Origin: Chitinophagales bacterium
Lineage (GTDB): Bacteria; Bacteroidota; Bacteroidia; Chitinophagales; LD1
Assembly: GCA_025057415.1 (NCBI GenBank)
Contig: JANWXI010000001.1
Span: forward strand, 6,415-70,414
Length of the DNA: 64,000 nt
Direction: 5' to 3'
The notes below the pieces were generated by a model. That model made no database searches, was not told the origin of the DNA, and was given only the letters and a program-made list of their open reading frames with translations. The position numbers and the translations under genes were made by a program. The stretch's first letter is position 1. Every line of letters begins with the position of its first letter. Positions 53,633 to 63,622 of the stretch are shown piece after piece.

Positions 53633-53965
53633 CTATCCGCCTTTTAATTTTACCTGATACCCCATTTGCAGCAGAATTTGTTTCAGTTTGTTGCGGTGGT
53701 CGCCCTGCAGGTGAATAATGCCATCTTTTACGGTACCACCCACACCGCATTTGTTTTTCAGCGTTTTACCCAACATCGCCAAATCTTCGCTGTTGCCGAT
53801 GAAGTTCTCTACCACGGTAGCCAGTTTGCCGCCTTTCAGGCGTTGCAGGGTCAGGTAGAGGGTTTGCCGGGCGGGCGGCAACGTTTGCGTTTCTTCTCGT
53901 TCCTCTTCTTCGGGTTTCACATCGGGGTTGGTGGAATATACCAGCTTGTCTTTCCAATCTTTCAT
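53633..53965 (-). CDS. yciH: Translation initiation factor SUI1/YciH family
   Basis: LVYSTNP, GGK.AT.V, LK.KCGVGGTVKDG.I.LQGDHR. Confidence 0.9.
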   Translation of the reverse strand: MKDWKDKLVYSTNPDVKPEEEEREETQTLPPARQTLYLTLQRLKGGKLATVVENFIGNSEDLAMLGKTLKNKCGVGGTVKDGIIHLQGDHRNKLKQILLQMGYQVKLKGG

Positions 53966-54100
53966 AAGAATAAGGTTTGGTTTTTAGTTGTATTGCGCAA
54001 AGCGCCTCATGTTTCGTAGCATTGATGGTCTATGGTTGTAACGGCATTTTGCCTTGTGTGTATTTGCTGTGAAGCGCATCAACCGATATTAAAAATTATA

Positions 54101-55417
54101 CTAATGTTGTAAAACCTCGGCATAGAGGTCAAACGACTCTGCACCTGTAATGCGCACATCGGTGAAATCGCCCGTGCGCAGGTACACGTTAGAAGCGGAG
54201 ATGAGTACCTCGTTGTCCACCTCGGGCGAATCGTGTTCGGTGCGCCCGATGTAATAGTTGCCTTCTTTGCGGTCAACGAGTACCCTACAAACAGAGCCCA
54301 CTTTGCGGGCGTTCAGTTCCGATGAAATTTCTTCCTGAATATCCATTAGTTCGGCTGCCCGCTCTTCCTTCACTTCTGGCGGTACATCATCGGGCAGCGT
54401 GTGTGCGCGGGTGTGTTCCTCGTGCGAGTAGGTAAACACTCCGAGTCGATCAAAGCGCATCTCTTCAACAAAGTGGCGAAGTGTTTGAAAATCTTCGGGA
54501 GTTTCGCCCGGAAAGCCCACGAGCATGGTGGTGCGCAGGGCTATGCCGGGAACCCGCCTGCGTATGTCGCGGATGAGTTTTTCGGTTTCGGCACGGGTGA
54601 TGTTTCTGCGCATGGCAGCGAGTATTTTGTCGCTTGCGTGCTGAAGCGGTATATCGAGGTATTTGCAGATTTTATCGTACTTGTTTATCACATCGGGCAG
54701 TTCGGGCGGAAACTGTGCCGGGTAAGCGTAGTGCAGGCGTAACCAGGCGATGCCTTCCACTTCATTCAATGCGCGAAGCAGGTCAGCCAAACGGCGTTTT
54801 TTGTAAATATCCAGTCCGTAATAGGTTAGTTCCTGAGCAATCAGGATAAGTTCTTTTACACCGCGGGCTGCCAGCGCGCGCGCCTCCTGCACCAGTTCGT
54901 CAATGGGGCGCGAAACGTGTTTGCCGCGCATAAGCGGTATGGCGCAAAACGAACAGGTGCGGTTGCAGCCCTCTGATATTTTGAGGTAGGCATAGTGTGC
55001 CGGTGTAGAGAGCAGGCGCTCGCCCACCAGTTCGTGGCGGTAGTCAACCCGAAGGGTTTTGAGCAGGCGCGGCAAATCTGCCGTACCGAAGTAGGCGTCC
55101 ACCTCGGGGATTTCGGCTTCCAGATTGTCTTTGTAACGTTGGCTCAGGCAGCCGGTAACATAGAGTTTTTCAATTTTACCCTTGCTTTTTGCTTCGGCAA
55201 ACCGCAGTATGGTTTGTATGGATTCCTCTTTGGCGCGCTCAATGAAACCACAGGTGTTGATGATAACGATATTCCGCCCGCGGCTCCAGGTATCGTGCCG
55301 TACATCGTAGCCGCCGTGTTCCAGTTGTTTCATGAGCACTTCGCTGTCCACTAGATTTTTGGAGCAGCCAAGCGTGATGACCGAAACTTTATCGCGGCGC
55401 AGGGTTTTGGTTTTCAT
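54101..55417 (-). CDS. rimO: Ribosomal protein S12 methylthiotransferase
   Basis: LGCSKNLVDSE, NTCGFI, KISEGCNRTCSFCAIP radical SAM motif, DSPEVD TRAM domain. TACATTTG at 55426-55433 (-). Confidence 0.96.
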   Translation of the reverse strand: MKTKTLRRDKVSVITLGCSKNLVDSEVLMKQLEHGGYDVRHDTWSRGRNIVIINTCGFIERAKEESIQTILRFAEAKSKGKIEKLYVTGCLSQRYKDNLEAEIPEVDAYFGTADLPRLLKTLRVDYRHELVGERLLSTPAHYAYLKISEGCNRTCSFCAIPLMRGKHVSRPIDELVQEARALAARGVKELILIAQELTYYGLDIYKKRRLADLLRALNEVEGIAWLRLHYAYPAQFPPELPDVINKYDKICKYLDIPLQHASDKILAAMRRNITRAETEKLIRDIRRRVPGIALRTTMLVGFPGETPEDFQTLRHFVEEMRFDRLGVFTYSHEEHTRAHTLPDDVPPEVKEERAAELMDIQEEISSELNARKVGSVCRVLVDRKEGNYYIGRTEHDSPEVDNEVLISASNVYLRTGDFTDVRITGAESFDLYAEVLQH

Positions 55418-55496
55418 GTAGGCGGCAAATGTACGAAAGGCAGCTTACATAAGAGGTGTGTAGCGGTTCGAACCTTGCAGTGTATCCACTGCGCTT

Positions 55497-56729
55497 TTAC
55501 CGGATGGCAACCCGCTCATGACGCCTGATGAGCAGGTAGTACCATGCCACGCCTGCTATATAGAGCGCCACGGTGATGAAGATGATGTTGCAATAAGCCA
55601 CACCCGCTTCGCGTAATACGGAGAACGCCTTGGCGCTCACAAACCAACAGCCGCTCCAGATACTTGCGTTGAGTGCAGAGAGGAGTTGACGATTGCGCTC
55701 GCCAACGAATTGCATGGTAAGCTCGCTCGTCATAGGCCCCGCCATATTCATAAAGGGCTGGCGCAATACAAAAGTGATGACAGCCACCCAATACCCGTAA
55801 GGCGTATGTCGGTACCATTCGGTGGTTGCCATCATAAACAGCAGTATTATGGCTACCGATTGCACGCCCGTGATGGCCACCTGATAGCCGTATCGTCTTT
55901 TTACCGAGGGGATGATGAGCGATGAAAATGCCACCAGTGTAAACGCCACCGAGTTGATGATAGAAAACTCGTTTGCAGGCATGCCGTGCACATCGTGAAA
56001 AAACAAATTGATAACCGGAATGGTGAAGCCGGCGCCCAGCGCTATCAGAAAGGTGGGGATTACTGCCTGCAATATGAGCGGCCAGTCGTACTCGGAAAGC
56101 GAAACGGAAACGCGCCGGCGCGCAGGTAGCGAGTGGTGCTCTGCATCGGGCAGCATGTGCACAAACCATACCGCCCCGAAGCCCAAAGTTGAAAAGATTA
56201 CCAGCAGAGCGGTAGTGTTGAAAGAGGGATGCAGGAGCGGGAGCGAATATGCCAACAACCCCGTGAAAATGGTGGTAAAGTTGGCTGCCGAGAAAAACAA
56301 GGTGATGCTCTCTGTCAGGTACGCTTTGTCGCCATTGCTCAGTACATAGGGCATAACGAGTATCTGCACGAGCGAAAAACTCACGCCCCATGCCGCCATG
56401 AGCAGGCGTATCATTTCGGTATAGTGCAGGTGTATGCTGGCGATGAGCAGCAGCGCCACAAGGGGAGATGTAACCGCTCCTGCCATGAGGAATGGTTTCA
56501 GCCGTCGGCCCCTGGCGATTATTGCCAGCGGTACAGCACAGAGTAGCACTGTGAGGTAGCGGTTGCCTACCATGCTGGCAATTTCGTAATCTTTGAAGCC
56601 GTGCTCCAGCATAAGGTAGTTGATGAGCAGGGTGAAAGCCGAGTTGATGATTTGTATGCATACGTCTGCCAGCATCAGGTGGTGAATGTGGCGCGGAACG
56701 GAGGCGTAGCGATACAGCAGAGATTTCAT
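55497..56729 (-). CDS. MFS transporter
   Basis: About 12 TM segments; ALGAGFTIP..NLFF and LRQPFMNMAGP. Confidence 0.8.
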   Translation of the reverse strand: MKSLLYRYASVPRHIHHLMLADVCIQIINSAFTLLINYLMLEHGFKDYEIASMVGNRYLTVLLCAVPLAIIARGRRLKPFLMAGAVTSPLVALLLIASIHLHYTEMIRLLMAAWGVSFSLVQILVMPYVLSNGDKAYLTESITLFFSAANFTTIFTGLLAYSLPLLHPSFNTTALLVIFSTLGFGAVWFVHMLPDAEHHSLPARRRVSVSLSEYDWPLILQAVIPTFLIALGAGFTIPVINLFFHDVHGMPANEFSIINSVAFTLVAFSSLIIPSVKRRYGYQVAITGVQSVAIILLFMMATTEWYRHTPYGYWVAVITFVLRQPFMNMAGPMTSELTMQFVGERNRQLLSALNASIWSGCWFVSAKAFSVLREAGVAYCNIIFITVALYIAGVAWYYLLIRRHERVAIR

Positions 56730-56836
56730 GCAAACGTCAGCCGCGAAACAGTTTGTGTAAACAGCGGCAAACATGCACTATTTTTTGTAGTGCGATGAGG
56801 CGAGGCGATGCGGTAAGGTGTGTAGTGGTGTATTTA

Positions 56837-56955
56837 CGGGTGAGGGATGCGAGCGGAAAGCCCGCAGCCGCGCCCGCGCCAGAGGCGCGGCGAGGACTTG
56901 GAGCGGGTCAGCCCGACCCCGCTGCCTTGCAGCGCTTGGCAGCGGGGGCACCCCC
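56837..56955 (+). repeat. Structured intergenic element, copy 3
   Basis: Nearly identical to copy 2, with a shorter central hairpin (CCGCGCC AGA GGCGCGG) and C-G replacing T-A in the 3' stem. Confidence 0.92.
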
Positions 56956-57034
56956 AAATAAATAATTAAAAAAACATATATATTTTATTTAGTATATTTA
57001 AGCGCGTTGTGCCGGAGGGTTGTGGGGCGGTAAT

Positions 57035-58507
57035 TCAGGGGAGTTCTACGGCACCGATGTCGTATTGGTTGCGGCGCGGGCGAGGTGTGCCGTAAATATC
57101 GAACGGCAGGCCGGACGGGGAAGCGTCAATGAGGGGCGATACGTAGCCGATGCTGTCAGAAGGAGTGAAGTTGCCTTTTTCGGGCGATTTGAAGCGCGGG
57201 TCGGTATTGAAGAGGAGTTGCTGGCTTTTGTTGCTGTAGAGGGCGAGTGTGTCGCTGCGCGTTTTGAGGAGGCAGTGAGAGAAGTTGTTGTCGAAGTCGC
57301 TGGTGTTTACGCCGTTGATGTTGGCGAAGAGGATTTCGTTTTGGAGCGAGCCATAGATGACGCAGTTTTCGAAAGTGGTTTTGAGGGGTTGCGGGTAGGC
57401 GGTTTGGTTGTTGTCCACCACGGCGTTGTTGAGCAGGAGGACTTCTTTTTGGTGATTGACGTAGCGCGAGCCGGTATTGAAGAAGGTGCAGTTGCGAAAC
57501 GTGTATTCACCACCCAGCCAGAGTTTCACCAGGTTGTCACCGGCAGCGTACAGGATGGTGTTTTCGGCATCTATGAGTGCGTTGAAACCCTGCAGTGCGT
57601 TGAACTGGGTGTTTTTGACAATCGTGTTACGCACCGTTACCTGCGGGCGGAGCGAAGCGCCCTGAAACTGCTGAATGTTGGTGAACTCAACGCTGCCGCC
57701 GGCGTAGATGCCGTATTTGCTTTCGTCAATCACGCAGTGGTCAAACAAGCCCTGCGGAGCACAGGCGCTGTTGCGCAAAAAAACAATGCCGAACCATTGC
57801 CCGGGCTTATCGTTATAGTACGGCTCTAAACGGGCGCCCTGAAATACGATGCTATCGGACCAGGTGTTGGCTACGGCATGCAGCGTCCCCTCGATGAACA
57901 GCGCTGAATTGCCGGCAAAAAATATTTTGCAGCCGGGCTGAATGTGCAGCGCCGCGCCGCACCGCACGTACACGCCGGGGATGGTGTCTTTGGCAACGAT
58001 TACGTGGGGCAGGTCGTTGCTCCAAACGGCTGTACCGCTTTTGATTTCTTCACCATAGTGGAAGTGTGCGTTTTGGCCAAATGCCTGCAGGTGTACGGTG
58101 CGCTGCTGCCCGTCAGTTACAAATGAAACATCATCAATAATCACAAACGGAGTGGCAGCCGAAGTGGGATTAACGGTTACTTCCACAAATACGTAGAGCG
58201 AGTCGCGCGGAGGGATTTCTACATTCGTAAACACATCGCCTTGCACACCGTCAACATTGATGCGAAACTGATTGCCGACCAGCCGCATGAGGCGTATCTC
58301 CTCAATGCGCAGGGCGCGGCTGCTGCGGTTGTAAACTTTGAAATAGCGCGTGGTGGAACCGAGTGAAGTGAACACGGTGTCGAACGTAAGCGTATCGGTG
58401 CTGAACTGCATGCCTGCAGCGCCGGCTCCATCTTTGCGACAGCCGACATGGCATACTACGAGCAGGGCGAAGCAACACAACAGGCAAACCGTGATGATAA
58501 ATCTCAT
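57035..58507 (-). CDS. Conserved Bacteroidota lipoprotein with Ig-like and parallel beta-helix regions
   Basis: FSTDTLTFDTVFT.LGSTT..FKVYN, FRINVDG, PGQWFGI and DIYG.PR....DIGAVE terminus. Confidence 0.75.
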   Translation of the reverse strand: MRFIITVCLLCCFALLVVCHVGCRKDGAGAAGMQFSTDTLTFDTVFTSLGSTTRYFKVYNRSSRALRIEEIRLMRLVGNQFRINVDGVQGDVFTNVEIPPRDSLYVFVEVTVNPTSAATPFVIIDDVSFVTDGQQRTVHLQAFGQNAHFHYGEEIKSGTAVWSNDLPHVIVAKDTIPGVYVRCGAALHIQPGCKIFFAGNSALFIEGTLHAVANTWSDSIVFQGARLEPYYNDKPGQWFGIVFLRNSACAPQGLFDHCVIDESKYGIYAGGSVEFTNIQQFQGASLRPQVTVRNTIVKNTQFNALQGFNALIDAENTILYAAGDNLVKLWLGGEYTFRNCTFFNTGSRYVNHQKEVLLLNNAVVDNNQTAYPQPLKTTFENCVIYGSLQNEILFANINGVNTSDFDNNFSHCLLKTRSDTLALYSNKSQQLLFNTDPRFKSPEKGNFTPSDSIGYVSPLIDASPSGLPFDIYGTPRPRRNQYDIGAVELP

Positions 58508-58547
58508 GAGCAGGGCGTAAACGTTACGCGAAGTTTTTTATTTCTTT

Positions 58548-59030
58548 TCAGCGCAGGCGCGCTTCGCTTTTTATCAATTCTTCATCGCGGCGGATGTAGT
58601 AAAACGCTGCCAGCAACATGACCACGGCTGCCGCACCCAGCGCGTTCCAGGGTGTGTAGAGCGAATAGCACTCAGTAAGTTTTTGCGTAACGTAGTCATA
58701 GGCACACTCCATCGTCACATACTTGTAATAAACAAAGGCCATGGCGCATATCATCAGGAGCATGCTCAACCAACACAATAACATTTGCAGCGGTCTTTTG
58801 CGAAACAGGAAGATGGCAATGAGGGCAAGACCTGCTGCCGAGCCGGTGAGGATGGCATTTATGAATACTTTGTAAACTTCGCTATTGTAAATAAACGTTT
58901 TACCGACTTCGTATCCTTTAAAGAAGTACGTTTCCTTGTCGGCTTCGCTGCCGTGGAGGGGCATCCAAAGGTAAAGCGCCATGCATGCGATTGCCAACAG
59001 CAGGAAAATTGTTTGAATGCGTTGTATCAT
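58548..59030 (-). CDS. DUF4293 family membrane protein
   Basis: [10 protein letters not shown] start, [10 protein letters not shown], and [13 protein letters not shown] end. Confidence 0.88.
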   Translation of the reverse strand: MIQRIQTIFLLLAIACMALYLWMPLHGSEADKETYFFKGYEVGKTFIYNSEVYKVFINAILTGSAAGLALIAIFLFRKRPLQMLLCWLSMLLMICAMAFVYYKYVTMECAYDYVTQKLTECYSLYTPWNALGAAAVVMLLAAFYYIRRDEELIKSEARLR

Positions 59031-59081
59031 GCGGTTACAAAGGTTTGTTTATTTCGCGTCAAACCTAAAAAATTCAGCAAG

Positions 59082-60272
59082 ATGAATGTTTATATAGTGG
59101 ATGCACTCCGCACTCCCATCGGAAAATTCAACGGCATGTTGGCTACGGTGCGCCCCGATGATTTGGCGGCACACCTCATCCGCGAAATTGCCGCACGGCA
59201 CAGAGCGTGGTTAGACCCTGCCGAGATTGAAGATGTTATTCTCGGAGCGGCAAATCAGAGCGGAGAAGACAACCGCAACGTAGCGCGCATGGCAGCGCTG
59301 CTGGCGGGTTTGCCGGTGAGTGTGGGCGGGGTGACGGTGAACCGCTTGTGCGCCTCGGGTTTACAGGCCATAGCCGATGCGGCGCGAGCCATACAGACAG
59401 GCGATGGAGATGTGTACATAGCCGGCGGAGTGGAGAGCATGACCCGCGCACCGTATGTGCTCTCCAAGAGCGATGCTCCCTTTGGCCGCAGTCAACAGTT
59501 GTTTGATACAGTAATCGGTTGGCGGTTTACGAACAGCAAATTTCCGAAAGAGACCACCATCAGCATGGGCGAAACTGCCGAAAACGTGGCGCGTATTTGG
59601 AAAATCAGCCGCGAGGAGCAGGATGCTTTTGCCCTCAGTTCGCAACAGAAATATCAGGCAGCCCACCGCGACGGGCGCTTTGCCGATGAGTTAGTGCCCG
59701 TGGAGATAGAGCGCGGCAAAGAAAAAATTACCATGACACAAGACGAACATCCGCGCCAAACCACAGCCGAGGAACTCGCCAAACTGAAACCTGCCTTCGT
59801 AAAAGACGGTACGGTGACGGCCGGCAACTCATCGGGCATCAATGATGGCGCGGCAGTGACGCTCGTGGTGAGTGAACGCATGGTAAAGGAGCGCAATCTG
59901 CAACCCCTGGCGCGCGTGGTGAGTGTGGCATCGGCCGGCGTAGAACCCTCGTGTATGGGAATAGGCCCGGTGCCGGCTACCCGCAAAGCGCTCGCCCGTG
60001 CAGGGCTTACCATCAGCGACCTGGGGCTTGTTGAAATAAACGAAGCGTTTGCCGCACAGGCCATTGCCTGCATCCGCGATTTGGAACTGAATGCCGAAAT
60101 TGTGAATGTAAACGGAGGCGCTATCGCGCTCGGTCATCCGCTGGGGTGCAGCGGCGCGCGCATTACTGCTACCCTGCTGCACGAAATGAAACGGCGCAAG
60201 GTGCGCTACGGGTTAGCCACTATGTGTGTGGGAGTAGGGCAGGGATTGGCGGTGATATATGAGCGGTGTTAG
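59082..60272 (+). CDS. Acetyl-CoA C-acyltransferase (thiolase, PcaF/PaaJ-like)
   Basis: [27 protein letters not shown] and [11 protein letters not shown] 59082. Confidence 0.93.
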   Translation: MNVYIVDALRTPIGKFNGMLATVRPDDLAAHLIREIAARHRAWLDPAEIEDVILGAANQSGEDNRNVARMAALLAGLPVSVGGVTVNRLCASGLQAIADAARAIQTGDGDVYIAGGVESMTRAPYVLSKSDAPFGRSQQLFDTVIGWRFTNSKFPKETTISMGETAENVARIWKISREEQDAFALSSQQKYQAAHRDGRFADELVPVEIERGKEKITMTQDEHPRQTTAEELAKLKPAFVKDGTVTAGNSSGINDGAAVTLVVSERMVKERNLQPLARVVSVASAGVEPSCMGIGPVPATRKALARAGLTISDLGLVEINEAFAAQAIACIRDLELNAEIVNVNGGAIALGHPLGCSGARITATLLHEMKRRKVRYGLATMCVGVGQGLAVIYERC

Positions 60273-60431
60273 CGCACCCGGGTAACGCTTGTTGTTGTAC
60301 ACGTAATTTTGAACTGGTACCTGTTTTGTTTTATCAAACAACAACATTGGGCATTTGCAGCGAATAAACACTTACTGCGCGTATTACTCGATTTTTATAG
60401 CAATATCAACCGGTAACCTACATCACCTGTC

Positions 60432-62972
60432 TTACTGTTTTACTATCCTTCGGGTTACTTCTTTCCCATTTACCCCTCGCATCTTAACCATGTAAACTCC
60501 CGGGGATAAATGCTTCAAGGATAAAATTGCGCCCTGGCCTATGCCGCTTTGTTGTACCACTGCCTTGCCCGTTATGTCTATTACACGTATCTCATGTATA
60601 GCGCCAGATGGCCATGCTATATGGAGATTGTCCTCACACGGTACCGGATATAACCATACTTTGGGCTCTGGTTCTTCTGCTAATGCTACTACTAACTGAG
60701 CAATTATGGTGGCTGTGTTGGTAATGATTGGAGCATTGAAATCAAAGTATATTCCTGCCCGATTGGGAATGCTTTGGTTTAAGCTGAGCGGTTGCAGCGG
60801 CTTAATTCTGAACTGCACAAACCCGATAGAACCTTCGGGATTGCTGGCACTATCGGGCAACATGATGTTACTAAAGAAAAACTTTACCACGCTATTCCTC
60901 AGTTCATAGGTACATTTATGACTGTAACCTAGTAATTCAAATGTGCTTGGATCGAGCAACGCGCTTAATGTATCTATCAGTTTTATATTGAATGCCGGTG
61001 CGCTGCCCGTGTTTTGAAAATAGATGGTGTAGGTAAGCCATCCATCGTACCCCGGCTGCACCGTATTGGGGTACACATCTTTACGGTTGGGGTCGTATGA
61101 GTTTACCACATCATAGCACCAACTGTATGTATTGTTTGCCGGGTTGTTGTCTCCGGTTACGGGTGTTACAGATATATTTACACATACCTGATCGCCCGCT
61201 TGAGCCGTGGTATCGGTGGTGAATAACAAACCAATAGCCCCGCTCATCAAGGTTGAAAAATCGGCAATGGAATAAGTGAACGAATTGCCTGAAATACTGG
61301 TTGGCAAAATAGCTCCGCTAGGCGCCCCCGCGTATTTTACCGGTCCGCTTACTTGTACCAAAATTTGTCCTGAAACATTCTGCGCACATGCCAACTGATA
61401 AAAAATATTACTGATATCTCCGGCATTTATGGATAGCGTGTGTGTTTGCCCGGGGAATACCCAGCCGGCAGTATTTACAGATTGAACCCCAACATCAAAA
61501 CCGGGTTTGCAAGCCAAAAGAAAGTCCACACTGTCAGTAAGCGCCCCTGCCTGAAAGGTTACACTTTGCTGAATGGGGGCGTTGCAGGCGATAATGTAAG
61601 GTTTATTGGCGGTATCCACCTTTAGCGTATAATTACCACTAACCAACCCCTGATGAAACATGTAAACACCGTTAACGAAAGTATTGGTTATCCCCCAAAA
61701 ATTGTTGTTGCTATCATAAATGGCCACTTCTACATTAGCTACTTTACTATCTGCATTACCATCATATTGACAATTACCATTGGCATCATAAAGCGCTGTG
61801 CCAAGGATGCCTGTTCCCTCCGGGCACCCGTTCGGATTTCCAGTGGTACATATAGGGTATGCTAAGTGGTTAGCATCCATAGCTTGAACATAATTTGGCA
61901 GACATGCAATAGGATTCGGGAGTAAAGAAATTGAGCCATTACTGATGTGAGGCAAACGAGGAAAACAAGTGATTAGATTATCACCACACAGTAAAATAGC
62001 CATCGTATCCGGTAAATACGGAAGACCGGATAGTTGATTGTTGGAGCAACCTAAAACATCGAGAGTACTTGGTAAAGCCGGCAAATTGGTAAGTTGATTG
62101 TTAGAACAATATAACTTCCAAAGACCGTCTGGTAAAGAAGGTAAACTGGTTAATTGATTAAAGTTGCAGAACAACTGTTGTAGACTATCAGACAAAGCCG
62201 GCAAACTGGTTAATTGATTGTAGTCGCAGTATAAATTCTCAAGACCAATGGGCAGGTTCGGCAAATTGGTTATTTGATTGTTAGAACAATCTAATGTCTT
62301 CAGAAGGCCGGGCAAAGCCGGCAAACTGGTTAATTGATTGTTGTAACAACTTAAATAAACAATATTAACGGGTAAATTCGGTAAACCGGCTAGTTGATTG
62401 TTGGAACAATCCAGCGTAATTAAGCTATTGGGTAAAACCGGCAAACTGGTTAGTTGATTGTTGTTACACTTTATTCTCTCAAGGCTGCCGGGCAACGATG
62501 GTAAGTTAGTTAATTGATTATAGGAACAAATCAAGTCCAAAAGATAAGCAGGCAGAGTTGGTAAATTTGTTAATTGATTGTTGTTACAATATAACTTCTG
62601 CATACTGCCGGGCAATGCAGGTAAATTAGTCAATTGGTTACCGGAACAATCTAACCACCAAAGAGTACTTGGCAAAACCGGTAAACTGGTCAATTGATTG
62701 GAGGAACATATCAAGACAGATAAATTTGAAAACGCCTGAATTCCCTCTAACGATTGAATGCCCAGGTTGCTAACATTAATTGTTCCACTGTAGGCACTTG
62801 CACAGGGTACGTTGATGGAGTCAGGGTAAGGCATACAGCTTGAAAAGTTGGCTTGCAAATAAGCCCGGAATGCCGGGTCAGGTACATACAGGTTTTGGGC
62901 TTGTAAGTGTATTTGTACACTGGCGAGCACCATCAATGCAAGGGTATATTTTCGCATAAAATTTGTTTCCAT
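60432..62972 (-). CDS. Leucine-rich repeat protein (20-aa LPX-type) with Ig-like domains and T9SS type A CTD
   Basis: 12 full plus 1 degenerate LxxLxCxxNQLTxLPxLP repeats; SYDPN.K...YTIYFQNTG...IYFDFNAPIITN; YPVP...GVYMV CTD. Confidence 0.9.
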   Translation of the reverse strand: METNFMRKYTLALMVLASVQIHLQAQNLYVPDPAFRAYLQANFSSCMPYPDSINVPCASAYSGTINVSNLGIQSLEGIQAFSNLSVLICSSNQLTSLPVLPSTLWWLDCSGNQLTNLPALPGSMQKLYCNNNQLTNLPTLPAYLLDLICSYNQLTNLPSLPGSLERIKCNNNQLTSLPVLPNSLITLDCSNNQLAGLPNLPVNIVYLSCYNNQLTSLPALPGLLKTLDCSNNQITNLPNLPIGLENLYCDYNQLTSLPALSDSLQQLFCNFNQLTSLPSLPDGLWKLYCSNNQLTNLPALPSTLDVLGCSNNQLSGLPYLPDTMAILLCGDNLITCFPRLPHISNGSISLLPNPIACLPNYVQAMDANHLAYPICTTGNPNGCPEGTGILGTALYDANGNCQYDGNADSKVANVEVAIYDSNNNFWGITNTFVNGVYMFHQGLVSGNYTLKVDTANKPYIIACNAPIQQSVTFQAGALTDSVDFLLACKPGFDVGVQSVNTAGWVFPGQTHTLSINAGDISNIFYQLACAQNVSGQILVQVSGPVKYAGAPSGAILPTSISGNSFTYSIADFSTLMSGAIGLLFTTDTTAQAGDQVCVNISVTPVTGDNNPANNTYSWCYDVVNSYDPNRKDVYPNTVQPGYDGWLTYTIYFQNTGSAPAFNIKLIDTLSALLDPSTFELLGYSHKCTYELRNSVVKFFFSNIMLPDSASNPEGSIGFVQFRIKPLQPLSLNQSIPNRAGIYFDFNAPIITNTATIIAQLVVALAEEPEPKVWLYPVPCEDNLHIAWPSGAIHEIRVIDITGKAVVQQSGIGQGAILSLKHLSPGVYMVKMRGVNGKEVTRRIVKQ
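61961..62730 (-). repeat. 60-bp LRR tandem repeat array
   Basis: TTGATT and GG(C/T)AAA recur in register every 60 bp from about 62035 to 62700. Confidence 0.9.
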
Positions 62973-63474
62973 AGCTCTTAAAATTACCTACTTGTAGTTC
63001 AAATTTAAAAAAATACAATTACTACATAAACCGCTCAAAAATTACGTAAACCCAATATTTACATTTGATATGGAGGCTCTACCCAATTAAGGTTACTTAT
63101 AAAAACGAAACCAATTACACTAAAAACTCCAACATGTTAATTCTTCTTTGATTTATGTTGTATTCGCTCAGGTTACACATAATACTTTTTTACTGATATG
63201 GCATGATTATTTAACTGACAAATCAATCAAATCTGAAATTTCAAATGGCAGTCACTACAACTAAGTATCATTGACAATTATGATATTAAATAATTTACTA
63301 ATCTGTTTGCGATATCGTATGCACTTCACCATCACTGCACTCTACCAGGTAAAACACAAACCCCTAATTAGTTGAGATTACATCAAAACGCTGTGCCGGT
63401 AAGTGTGCTGTAATACCGGCGCAGGCAAACAAAACAGCCGAAAAAACAAACGCCCCGAAAAGGGCTTGTAACAG

Positions 63475-63548
<74 letters not shown>

Positions 63549-63622
63549 TTTAGCACGCAAAAATAATCTTAATGCACAATGTTCAAAAAGCCCTTATACA
63601 TTCGCGCGTAATACACACTCTC

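Noticed and set aside
55516..56733. 405-aa same-strand alternative-frame ORF overlapping the MFS gene
   Set aside because: Its first codon position is the MFS third position, so local depletion of T-ending codons next to element copy 3 removes stops. No protein-like features; a by-product of the halo.
57020..57829. 269-aa antisense ORF
   Set aside because: Mirror frame of a real gene in the C-ending-biased zone; the V/E/G-rich composition is expected from that bias.
58785..59081. N-terminal extensions in the ORF track (thiolase; also 53544-53750, 47461-47592, 9540-9635)
   Set aside because: They overlap neighbouring genes or promoter motifs; downstream starts fit the families better.
61961..62730. 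Regular 60-bp periodicity as a possible CRISPR array
   Set aside because: In-frame degenerate LRR coding repeats, no identical repeats with unique spacers, and no cas genes.
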